NCBI RefSeq assembly: GCF_030684315.1
Contig: NC_081398.1
Location: 6,552,385 to 6,616,384 of the forward strand
DNA length: 64,000 nucleotides
Direction: 5' to 3'
DNA from: Stegostoma tigrinum
Lineage: Eukaryota
The stretch's first letter is position 1; every line of letters begins with the position of its first letter. The notes under the pieces were generated by a model. It worked only from the letters and a program-made list of their open reading frames with translations, was not told the DNA's origin and searched no databases. Shown here in pieces: positions 12,146 through 23,649 of this stretch. Made by a program: the position numbers and the translations under genes.

Positions 12146-12559
12146 CATGGACCAGGCTGGCATGGCCACTGCTGCTGTCCTGAGGGAAGAGGAAGTCCTA
12201 TTCATGCCAATGTAATAGGGCACCATGCCCCACACCTGCTCAGCCCATGTCCGATGCCAATGGCCAGGCCCATGCAGGGCAGCACTGTGGCTGTCAGTAA
12301 ATTCCTGGATATCCCATGAGCCATGAACTATTTTGGGAATGGCTTGTGATAGGGTGCAGGCAGGATCGGAAAACAGGGAGGTTTTAGGGGTAGTGTGCAT
12401 TGTACTGAGATAAGTTTGGTAGGGCATAGAGAGAATTCTTGTGACATCCTGGAGGGAAATCCTCCAGAAAATAAAACACCAGACACATCTCACAGTCTAC
12501 TGAAAAACATAAGATTCAACCAATAAAGGCCAGGGACAGAAAAAAAGAGGCCGACAGAC

Positions 12560-13985
12560 TATATATAGAGAGCAATAGTAATAGAGATACAGAGAGAGTG
12601 AGTGAGTGAAGTGGAGATAGGCACAAAAAAGAAAGTCGGAGGCTGACAGAGGGGAGGGAGGGGGAGGCCCAGAGAGAAACAGGCAAAGAAAGAGCGAGAG
12701 TAAGAGAAAGACTAAAGAATTCAGAGAGAAAGAGATAGACAGAGAGAGTGAGATATATGGAGACGTAGTGAAAGAGATGGAGACATGGAGACTGAAAGAT
12801 AGATGGACTGCCTGAGAGAGAGAGAGAAAGAGAGAGATGGAGACAGTCAGTGAGAGGGATATGGATACAGAGAGACATAAACAGACAGAAAGATGGACAG
12901 ATAGAGAGAGAGACAGAGACAGACAGACAGGGAAAAGGAGACAGACAGCAAAAGAAAGATGGACAGAATGCAAAGGAAGATATGGAAACAGACACAGAGA
13001 GAGACATATAGAGAGATAGCCAGACAGAGAGAGGGACAGAGACAGAGATGGTGACAAACTGTAAGAGATACATGGATACAGAGACAGACAGACAGAAAGA
13101 TGGACAGAGAGATGGGGTGATATGTGGATTGACAGAGACAGTGAGAGACAGAAAAAAAGACAGAGAGAGATGGAGGCAGACAAAAAGTGAGATGGACAGC
13201 GCGAGAGAGAGGGCGATATGGAAACAGACACCCAGAGAGAGAGAGACAGATAGAGAGAGGCAGAGAGGGAGAGAGACAGGCAGAGACAGAGAGCCAGTGA
13301 GAGAGACAGATAGAGGGGGAGAGACTGACAGGGAGTCAGTGAAGAGAGAGACAGACAGTGAGGGGAAAGACAAGGAGAAACAGCCAGTGAAAGAGAGACA
13401 GTTGGAGAGGAGGAGTGACGGACAGAGACAGAGTCAGGGAAAGAGAGAGACAGAGATGGAGAGAAACAGAGTTGGAGAGAGACAGACAGGGAGAAACAGA
13501 GTCAGTGTTAGAGAGAGACAAATGGAGAGGAGGAGAGACAGACTGAGACAGAAGGTCAGTTAAAGAGAGAGACAGATAAACGGGTAGAGGCACACAGAGA
13601 CAGTGAAAGAGAGAGAATAACAGGGAGGAAGGGAAAGAGAGATAGAGACAGACGGTGAGAGAGATATAGATACAGAGGGAGACAGATAGGCTGACAGACA
13701 CAGATGAGAAACAGAGAGAAACAGGGTTACTTACAACTCACAGAGGAAGAAAGTGATGAAGAGGAAACAGAGGGACCAAGAGAAAAACAGAGGGAACAGA
13801 AAAACAGAGAGAGGTGTGAGGAACTGAGAGACTGAGAGAGATGAAGAAAAACAGGCACACGAAGACAGACTGAGAGAAACGACGATAGAGGAAAAGAGAA
13901 AATCAGATTATCAGAAACAGAGAGACTGAGAGAAAAAGAGGGATAGAGGAGAGAGAGAGAGAGGCTTTGCTGTAGACAGACTGGG
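12560..13985. repeat. GA/GACA-rich low-complexity tract
   Basis: Purine-rich simple sequence. Confidence 0.9.
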
Positions 13986-14319
13986 ACAGAAAGCGAGTGT
14001 CAGGATTGAAAACGTTTATCCTATCGACCAACATCAGAAATAAAAACAGAAATTTCTGATGCTGGTCACTAAATAAAAAGACGAAAGAACTGCGGATGTG
14101 GTAATTTCGGAGCAGAAACAGGAATTCCTGGGAAAGGTCAGCAGCTCTGGCAGCACCCACGAGGAAAAAAATCAGAGTTAATATTTCGGGTCCGGTGACA
14201 GCTCCTCCGAACACGCTGACTGAGGAAGTGTCACAGGACACGAAACGTTAACTCTGGTTGTTTTTCTTAGGCTGAGCTTTTCAAGGAACTCCTCTGTCTT
14301 GGTTCCAAATTTACCACAT

Positions 14320-14688
14320 GTGCACTTCTTTCGGTTTTTAACTTAGTGATCAGCATCAGAAATTTCCCTTTTAAATCGGATTTTAAGCAGATGATAAACA
14401 GAAGCCAAACCTTGACAGCAAAAATCTGAGAAGCCATCTCTCTCTGTCTCTCTGAAACCCCATCCCGCCTGAGAAATTGCCTCATTGTTTCTTGGCTCGA
14501 TTGAAAAAAGAGGCTGGGAATATCTGGTGGCTGGGCGTCACTGAGCAGGGACAGAAAGAAATTTGCCAAGCGCTTTGACCTTCCTGCACTTAGCTTCCTC
14601 ATTGGTGTGATCATCAGCTCCCATCCAGCAGAAGGAATCTTTCCGTGCGGGGAAGGCAATCCGAGGAGCGACCCTTGGTTCAGAGACG
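14320..14688 (+). promoter_or_regulatory. Candidate upstream promoter and non-coding first exon of the IgV gene
   Basis: Unique, CpG-richer sequence; strong donor ACG|GTGAGT at 14689; NF-kB-like agaaatttccc (14358-14368); IRF-like tttcggtttt (~14329-14338); ETS/PU.1-like cttcctcatt (~14594-14603). Confidence 0.45.
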
Positions 14689-15189
14689 GTGAGTATACTG
14701 CAACAGAGACTCTCTCTTTCTAACAATGCCAAGGTGCTCATGTTCGGCGCTAGCTGGCTGACGAAATCGGATGTTGCAAGTCGCAGTGGAGAGCAATGGA
14801 AGAGAAACGAGAATGTGATGGTGAAAGTGGCTTGAGAGAGAGAGATGCAGCAGGGCGGGATGTTTGGTGAGCAGGACTGAGCAGGGAAGTAAGGAAAATT
14901 AAAGACTGAGCGAGCTGGATGGCAATGGATTGATGCACAGGGAGAGAGGGAATGGGAAATATTTGCAGGACAATTTCGAGCTATCCGATGGGGAATGAGT
15001 TATTCTAAAATGGCGTGGTACACTACAGAGAGCACCGTCATGATGCAGGGCTGGAGGATTAATGGAGCAAATTTGAGTCAGACATGGAGAACATTCTCAC
15101 TAGGTCCTTACAGAAAAAATATTCCGAAAATGTCGACGCAACTCACTGTCAGCCAAAGAAAACATAGGATACAGCCAATAGAGGCCAGG

Positions 15190-16800
15190 GACACACAAGA
15201 GAGAGACAGAGCGACTGAGGCAAGCATAAGCAGATGGAGAGAGGGAGAGAGACAGGCGGAGGAAGGCGTAATATATGGGGGAGGGAGAGATGGAGAAGCA
15301 GACAGATAAAGAGAGAGAGAGAGATGTAGAGAGAGGGAGAGATGGGGAGAGGGAAAGGAAGCCAGACAATATAGGGAGCGATGGTGACAGAGGGAGAGAG
15401 ATGCAGAGAGGCAGACATATAGATAGAGATAGAGAGAGAAAGAGCTGGAGAGAAATTGGGAGGGGGGAAGAGAGATACAGAAAGGCGAGCAGGTATATAG
15501 AGACATGGGGCAGATATACACATACAGAGAGAGGGGAGACACCCATATACATATAAATATGGACCGAGAGAGAGAGAGAGAGAGATGGAGGGAGGCAGAC
15601 AGATGCATACATAGAGGGGGGGGGGGGAGATAGAGAGAGAGAAAGGGCAAACATACAGAGAGATGGAGAGAGGGGGGAGAGAGAAAAAGAGAGGCTGACA
15701 AATATATACGGAGTGAGAGAGATGGTGACGGGGGAGGGAGAGAGAAAGAGATTCAGATCTGCAGACAGCGAGACACTGAGGGAAGGAGAGACGGACGGAG
15801 AGAGATAGATAAAGTGAAACAACGTGAGAGAGACACACATGAGAGAATGAAAATTAAACATTGAGAGATAGATGACAATGGAAGCATTGAGAGAGGGGGA
15901 ATGAAAAAAACAAAGGAACGGAGAAAGAAATAAAGTGACAGAAACAATGAGAGGAAGATGGGGGAGAGCAGAAGGGCGGAGGAGCGAGTGACAGAGAGAG
16001 AGGGACTGATAGATGGAGGGTCAGAAAGAATGAGGGCCAGAGAGAATGGGGGCTGTGAGAAAGGGGGTTGAGTGACAATGGGGGCGAGTGGGAATGGGAG
16101 GTGAGTGAGAATGGGGGCTGATTGAGAATGGGGACGAGGTGAGAATGGGAGCTGAGTTTTCGAGAATGGGGGCTGTGAGAATGGAGGTTGAGTGACAATG
16201 CCAAAATCTTTCAGAATGTTCCACATCTGCTTTGAAGCGAAACAATGCACCCAACGGGAGGGGCCGTTGGGGCCGGAGAGAGTGGGATCTGGAGGGGGTA
16301 ACATGGAGGGAGTAGGAGAAATCACAATCAGATCAGAGGGACTGCAGGGGGAGGGAAGGGAAGAACTGTGGAGGGATAGGGAGAAATGGAGGGAGCTCTG
16401 AGGGGACATGGAACGGAGGGGAGGGCGTTGTGAGGGGAGAAGGAGGAGGGAGGGAGGAGAAGTAGAGGGAAGGAAGGAGGCCGTGAGGGTTTAGGGAGGG
16501 ATGGGGTCTCTGAGGGGAGGAGGAGGCTGTGAAGAGATGGGGCCGGAGGGGGGCTGTGACGGGAGAGGGAGCAAGTGGGGGAAGGAGGAGGGTGGGGAAG
16601 GGGCTGTAAGGGGAAGGGGAGGGAGAGGGGGAGGCAGTGAGGAGTTGGAGGCGAGGGGGGTCTCTGACGGGAATGGGAGAGGAGGAGGGAGTTGGAGGGG
16701 GAGGGGAGAGGGAAATCTCTGGGGAGGAGGATGTGTGAGGATGAGAGGAAAAAAAATCAGAGTTGGAGGGACAGAGGACGAGAGAGAGACAGGGCGGAAT
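15190..16800. repeat. GA- and GGA-rich low-complexity tract
   Basis: Purine-rich simple sequence. Confidence 0.85.
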
Positions 16801-16829
16801 GATGTTGGGGCAGGGGGTGTAGGGTAGGG

Positions 16830-17079
16830 TCCGAGAAACCCTGGGAGTTTTTTTCTTTGCCGGAATGCAGTGACTTTGCGGAGCACTCAACGTGGGCTGG
16901 GTGACTGCAGGGTGTAATATTGCTGAGTCCCTGGGAGGGAAGAGGGCGTTCCAGAGACTGTGAAATGGAGGCCTGGGTGGGGACGTGAAGCGGGGGGGGG
17001 GCGCGGAAGACACGATATTACGAACCACACCAGCCCCAAACCTTGCAACATCTCATCCTCTGAGGGTGTGTACACATCG
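16830..17079 (+). promoter_or_regulatory. Candidate proximal promoter / 5' UTR of the IgV gene
   Basis: CpG-enriched unique sequence with GC-box/ETS-like ggggcgcggaag, immediately upstream of the donor at 17092. Confidence 0.5.
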
Positions 17080-17091
17080 ATGAGGACGCCG
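17080..17091 (+). CDS. Candidate first coding micro-segment (MRTP) of the GPI-IgV gene
   Basis: ATG AGG ACG CCG|GTGAGT; phase 0 joins exon 18105 in frame (VLLIRK-MAVQR...). Confidence 0.5.
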
Positions 17092-17427
17092 GTGAGTGAT
17101 TGATCTCTCTCTCTCTATTCCGCAACGCTGCAGTCTCATTAATATCAACATCGTTACTTTGCAATCCCAGAGCCTGCCAGGAATCTGTCCACTGTTTCGG
17201 CAGAAATGTAGACGCTCGGTCTGATTTGCCCCAACTCTCCCCGGCTGTCCGCCTCTCCAGCGTCAGGGCTCGGAGGCAGAAAGACAGCAGATGCTGGAAG
17301 CCGGGTCAATAAATGAGGAGCTGGAGAAGTGCAGCGGGTCACAGAATCAGTCTCATCCACTGAGCTTCTCCAGCTTCACATGTGTTGCCCCTGTCAGCCC
17401 CCTCTTTAAAGCTGAAAGGAAATCTCT

Positions 17428-17925
17428 TTCTACGCTGTCCCCATCATACACTCCCAAGACAGGGACAGCACGGGGTTAGATACAGAGTAAAGCCCCCCTC
17501 TACACTGTTCCCCCAAACATACACTCCCAGGGCAGGGACAACATTGGGTTAAATACAGAGCAAAGCTCCCTATACACTGTCCCCCATCAAACACTCCCAG
17601 GGACAGAGACAACACGGGGTTAGATACAGAGCAAAGCTCCCTCTACACTGTCCCCCATCAAACACTTCGAGGACAGGGGCAGCACAGGGTTAGATACAGA
17701 GTAAAGCTCCCTCTACACTGTCCCCCATCAAACACTCCCAGGACAGGGGCAGCACAGGGTTAGATACAGAGTAAAGCTCCCTATACACTGTCCCCCATCA
17801 AACACTCCCCAGGACAGGGGCAGCACAGGGGTTAGACACAGAGTAAAGCTCCCTATACACTGTCCCCCATCAAACACACCCAGGACAGGGGCAGCACAGG
17901 GGTTTAGATGTAGCGTAAAGCTCCT
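17428..17925. repeat. ~70-bp tandem satellite, about 7 copies
   Basis: ctctacactgtcccccatcaaacactcccaggacaggggcagcacagggttagatacagagtaaagctcc repeats at 17641, 17711, 17781 and onward. Confidence 0.92.
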
Positions 17926-18122
17926 TTGAAACAGTGCCAGCCCCCAGGTTGGTAACACACGGGGACATACACCACAGCACACTGCCCCCCCCCCCCCCAA
18001 ATTCTGAGCAACCTTGAGTTTGTCTGTGCAGGTGCTTTTCCTACCTGCTCCCGATCATGTCGAATGCAATGCATTGACCTCTCAATGCTGTCTGTCTCCA
18101 CCAGGTTCTACTCATCAGGAAA

Positions 18123-18186
18123 ATGGCTGTGCAGAGGATTTCGCTTCTCCTACTGCTGATGACAGTCACTCTGAGCTGGGCAAAAG
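18123..18186 (+). CDS. Signal-peptide exon of the GPI-anchored IgV protein (exon 18105-18186)
   Basis: Acceptor tgtctgtctccaccag (ends 18104); MAVQRISLLLLLMTVTLSWAK+G has n/h/c regions with an S-W-A cleavage motif. Phase-1 GC donor AAG|GCAAGT is compatible with the phase-1 IgV exon. Confidence 0.75.
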
Positions 18187-18212
18187 GCAAGTGTTTAATT
18201 CAGGGACAGTGA

Positions 18213-18703
18213 GACCTGCAGATGCTGGAGAATCCAAGATAATAAAATGTGAGGCTGGATGAACACAGCAGGCCAAGCAGCATCTCAGGAGCACAAAAGC
18301 TGACGTTTCGGGCCTAGACCCTTCATCAGAGAGGGGGATGGGGAGAGGGTTCTGGAATAAATAGGGAGAGAGGGGGAGGTGGACCGAAGATGGAGAGAAA
18401 AGAAGATAGGTGGAGAGGAGAGTATAGGTGGGGAGGTAGGGAGGGGATAGGTCAGTCCAGGGAAGACGGACAGGTCAAGGAGGTGGGATGAGGTTAGTAG
18501 GTAGGAGATGGAGGTGCAGCTTGGGGTGGAAGGAGGGGATGGGTGAGAGGAAGAACAGGTTAGGGAGGCAGAGACAGGTTGGACTGGTTTTGGGATGCAG
18601 TGGGTGGAGGGGAAGAGCTGGGCTGGTTGTGTGGTGCAGTGGGGGGAGGGGACGAACTGGGCTGGTTTTGGGATGCGTTGGGGGAAGGGGAGATTTTGAA
18701 GCT
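18213..18703 (-). mobile_element. Young Penelope (Neptune) 3' fragment with hammerhead motif (18302-18329)
   Basis: Near-identical reverse complement of about 10300-10790. Confidence 0.9.
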
Positions 18704-19063
18704 GGTGCTCTGCTCAGTGAAAGCCAGCCTGAAGACATGCTCAAACATCCACTTCTGTTCCTTGTACCATAAGTTTGGAAGGAGTAAAAGGTGGAAGAGG
18801 TTATTGAGCTGGATCCCCGTTCTGTAAGGTCATGGCTGATCACAATTGTGCGTCAATTTCACTCTGCTGATGAACCATATTATTTCTGACTCTCTTAAAA
18901 TCCAACTGATTCAGTGTCTGAGCTTCCACTCCTCAGTGCTACATCTAACGGGCATGCTATTGAGGTATGGTAACCACAGCGAGACAGCTTAGTGCACTCC
19001 AAGCATTCATATTTCTCCTACATTTCCCTGCCAGTAAAAAGGTTCTTGCATATCCTAAAGATA

Positions 19064-22000
19064 TCAGATGCTGTGGATTCTGAGATAACACAACGTGGAG
19101 CAGGAGGAACACAGTAGGCCAGGCAGCATTGGAGGAGCAGGAGAGCTGATGTTTCAGCTCAGGACCCTTCTTCAGAAATGGGATAGGGGGAAGGGAGCTC
19201 AGAAATAAGTAGAGAGAAGAGGGGTGGGGCTGGGGAAGGTAGGTGGGATGGTGATTGGTGAGTGCAGGTAGGTAGGGGTGGGGATTGGTCAGTGAGGCAA
19301 GAGGGGAGGATAGGTGGGAGAGAAGATGGACAGGTTTTTTTCAGGTCAAGGAGGTGGGGATGAGAGGGAGGGTCAGACATGGGATCTGGCGAGGGATGGG
19401 GAGATTTTAAAACTGGTGAATTCCATGTTTAGACCATTGGGCTGTAAGCTCCCGAGGCGGAATATGAGATGTTGCTTCTCCAGTTTGTTGGTGACATCAT
19501 TGTGGCACTGGAAGAGGACCCTGGAGGATGGACATGTCACCCAAGGATGGGGAGGGGAGTTAAAATGGTTGGCAACCTGAAAGTTTTGGAGCTTGTTGTT
19601 TCCTGAACACAGATGCTCCATGAAACAGTCTCCAAGTCTACGCTTGGTCTCACCGATGTAGAGGAGGCTACAGCAGGAGCAGGGGATGCAATAGACCAAG
19701 TTGACACATGAACCCCTATCTAACACAGAACGTTTGTTTTGTGCCTGGGTTGGAGGTGAGGGGCAAGGTGTCGGAGCAGGTGTGGCACTTCCTGCGGTTG
19801 CAGGGAAAGTTGCCGGGGATGGTGGAGTTAGTGGGGAGTGTGGAGCGGATGAGGTAGTTGTGAAGGGAGCGGTCCCTATGAAAAGCAGATAGGGGTGGGG
19901 AGGGAAATATGTCTTTGGTTGTGGGGTCGGATTGTAGGTGGCGGAAGTGACGGAGAATGATACATTGGATGCGGAGGTTGGTGGGGTGATATGTGAGATC
20001 AGGCAGTATTCTGTCTTTATTTTTGATGGAGGGAGCGGATTTGAGGGCAGAGGTTTAGAAAAAACAAGAGATGTGGTTGAGGGCATTATCAATCACCAGA
20101 TGGGGGAACCTGCAGACCTCAAATTCGGGAGGGGATCTGGAGTGTGTGAGCATGGAATGCCCCATCTTGGGAGCAGACTTGGCAGATGGAGAGGAATTGG
20201 GAGTAGGGGATCGCATTCTTGCTGGAAGGTGAGTGAGTTAGAAGAGGTGCAGCCCAGTTTAGCTGTGGGATTTCATTTGCTTGAAATAGATGTCAGTTTT
20301 GAGGTGATCACCTGAGATGGCAATGGAGAGTTCCAGAAAGGAGAGGAAGTTACCAGAGATGGTCCCAGGTGTATTTGAGGTTGGGGTGTAAGGTGGTAGT
20401 AAAGTCAATGAACTGTTCAAGCTCCTCACGGGAGCATGAGACAGCTTTGAGACTGTCAGCAATGTAGTGGAGGAAGAGATCGGGTCAGTGCCAGTGTAAC
20501 AGCGGAAAAGGGACTGTCCCACGTATACTATGAAGAGGTAGCTTTAGCTTGGGCCCATGCAGGTTCCCATGGCCACCCCCTTAGTCTGTAGGAAGTGGGT
20601 GGGGTTAAGGAAGAAGCCCTAGAGGGTAAGGCCGAGTTCTGTTTAGTGGATTAGGGTGTTGGTGGGTGGGACTAGTTGGGCCTGTGGGAGAGGAAGAAGC
20701 GAAGAGCTTTTAAGCCATCCATGTGGGGGAATACTATTGTACAGGGATTGGATGTCCAGAGTGAAAATGAGATGTTGGAGGCCAGGGAATTGGAAGTCTT
20801 GGAGGAGGTGGAGCGAGTTGATGGTGCCCCAGACACAGATGGGGAGTTCCTGGGCTGGGGTGGCGGAGTGGGGGGGAGCGGAACAGAGTCAAGGTAGCTG
20901 GAGATAAGTTCAGTGGAGCAGGAGCAGGCAGAGACAATGGGTTGGCTGGGACAGTCAGGTTTGTGGATTTTGGGAAGGAGATAGGAGCGGGCAGTGTGGG
21001 CCAGGGGAACGATGAGGTTGGAGGCTGTGGGTGGGAGGTCACCTGAGGTGACGAGGTTATAAATGGTTTGAGAGATGGCGGTTTGGTGGTGGTGGGGTGG
21101 GGGGGGCGGGATCATGATGGAGGGGCAAGCAGGAGGAGGTGTCAGAGAGTTGGCGCCTGGCCTCAGCTATGTAAAGGTCATTCTGCTCTACCACTACTAT
21201 GCACCCTTCATCTGCAGGTTCAATGGTGAGGTTACGGTTGGAGCGGAGGGCTGCACGTTCTGTGGGGGAGAGGTTAGAGTCAGTGAGAGGGTTGGACAGT
21301 TTGAGGCCATCGATGTCGCGATGGCAGCTGGAGATGAGGAGGTCGAGAGATGGTAGGAGATCTCAGGGGTGGTGTCCAGGAGGATGGGGTGGGTCGGAGG
21401 TGGGAGAAGGGGTCTATACAGAGTGGGTCAGACTCATGGCTAAAGAAATAGGCTTGGAGGAGAGGAAAAAGTGTTTGACACCCAAACGTGTGGGTGTAGG
21501 AGAATGAAGGTGCAGCCTTTTACTGACCATTCATCCTGGGTAGGATAGAGGGCTTGGGGGATGGGGGATGGTGGAGGAGGCCTGTGTTGGGCGGTGGTCA
21601 CAGGTACTTAACTGTTCCTAATGTCAGAGAGGGTGGAGTAAAAACATTGGTTGAGGTTGTAGATTCAGTGCAGAATAAAAATTTTCATAGTCCTTTGCTG
21701 GTCTGGGAGAGGGAGGCTCTGAGCTGGGGGTAGGGCCAGAAGATGGTGATGCATTGCTGACGGAGTGTGCTTGAGGAGCCGCAGAGAAAAAAAATATGTT
21801 TTTTAGGGTCTAGATGTTGTGTATGTTGAGGTTGTCACAGTCAGGGCCAAATTGGGAATGGTCTGAACATAGATTGGAGTCAAGTGGGGATGATCTGGTT
21901 CTGTAGGCAGGTACTGAGAAAGGAGATGTGGCTGTAGTACCTGGTTTGCATGTGTTCGAAGAGTTTCAGGGCGGAAGAGATTACCAGAGGGTTTGCAGTG

Positions 22001-22070
22001 GGAGAGAGACCTGCTGAGGTCTTTCTGGAGAGAAGAGGATAACTTCTTCAAAGTGGGCACCCTTGGATGG
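19064..22070 (-). mobile_element. Older, near full-length degenerate Penelope (Neptune) element
   Basis: Minus-strand fragments YLLPKIHKPDCPSQPIVS, LYIGETKRRLGD and LQPNGLNMEF, with many frameshifts. Confidence 0.85.
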
Positions 22071-22074
22071 TAAT

Positions 22075-23472
22075 TGGGTGGTAATTGGCAGGATTGGATT
22101 TGTCCAGCTTTCTGTGTACAGGAGAAACCTGGATAAGTGTCCACATTGTCGGATAGATGCCAGCATTGTAACTGCACTGGAAGAGCTTGGATAAGGGAGC
22201 GACAAGCTCTGGAGCACAAGCCTTCAGTACTATTGCCGGAATGTTGTCAGGGCCCGTAACATTTGCAGTATCCAATGTCTTCAACTGTGTCTTGAAATCA
22301 CGTGGAGTGAATCGAATTGGCGCTGAAGACTGGTATCTGTGATGCTGGGGACCACTGGAAGAGGCCAAGATGGATTGTCCACTCGGCACTCCTGGCTGAT
22401 GATTGCTGCAAATGCTTCAGCCTAATATCTTGCACTGATGTGCTGGGCTCTTCCATCATTGAGGATGGAGATATTTGTGGAGCCTCCTCCTTCAGTGAGT
22501 TGTTTGATCATCTACCACCTTTCAGACTGGGTGTTGCAGAACTGCAGAAGCTTAGATCTCATCCAGGATCAATTAGCCCCATCTGTCACTTACTACTTAT
22601 GCTGTTTGGTGTGCAAGTAGTCCTGTTTTGTAGCTTCACCATGTTGATACCGCATCTTCAGGTATGCCTGGTGCTTCTCCTGGCATGCCCTCCTGCAATC
22701 TCCATTGAACCAGGGTTGATCCCTTGGCTTGATGGTATTGGTTGAGTGGGGATTATGCTGGGCCATGAGGATACAGATTGTGCCGGAGTACAATTCTGCT
22801 CTTGTTGATGGCCCACAGCACCTCATGGATGCCCAGTTTGTAATTGCTAGATCTGTGTGAAGTCTGTCCCATTGAATACAGTGATAGTGCCACACAACAC
22901 GATGGAAATTATTCTCAATGTGAAGGCAGGACTTTGTCTCCACAAGGACTGTGTGATGGTCACTCTTACTGATACTGTCATGGACAGATGCAACTGCAGC
23001 CAGCAGATTGGTAAGGATAATGTCAAGGATGTTTTTCCCTCTTGTTGGTTCCCTCACCACCTGATGCAAACTCGGTCTAGCAGCCACGCCCTTTAGGAAC
23101 CAACCAACGTGATCTGCAGTACTGCTGCCGAGACTCTCTTGGTGGTGGACATTGAAATCCCCACCCAGCGTATATTTTATGTCCTGGCCTTCCTCAATGC
23201 TTCCTCTAAGTGTTGTTCAACATTGAGGAGTACTGATTCACCAGCCGAGAGAAGACAGTACATGGTAATCAGAAGAAGGTTTCCTTGCCCGTGCTTAACC
23301 TGAAGCTATGAGACTTCATTGGATCCAGTGTAAATGTTGAGGACTCCCACAGCAACTCCCTCCCGACTGTTTAACACTGTGCCACCACCTCTGCTGGGTC
23401 GGCCCTGCTGGTGGCACAGGACATATCCAGGGCTGGTGATGGTGGTGTTTGGGACATTCTCCATAAGGTATG
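22075..23472 (-). mobile_element. Non-LTR LINE (CR1/L2 group) ORF2 fragment: APE endonuclease and RT start
   Basis: VREPTRGKNILDIILTN...SDHHTVLV and TGPDNIPAIVLKACAPEL...KSNPANYHPI. Confidence 0.85.
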
Positions 23473-23649
23473 ATTGTATGCTCCAATCAATGCCATCTTC
23501 CAGTTGCCAACCACTTTAACTCCCCCTCCCCTTCCCTGGGTTTCATGTTCATCCTGGGCATCCTCCAGTGTCACAATGACACCACCTGCAAACTGGAGAA
23601 GCAACACTTCATATTCCATATGATTGGGTATGCTAAGTATTGGAGCCTG

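Noticed and set aside
12497-16886. Hydrophobic Leu/Ser-rich and Arg/Glu-rich ORFs
   Set aside because: Translations of GA/CT low-complexity tracts.
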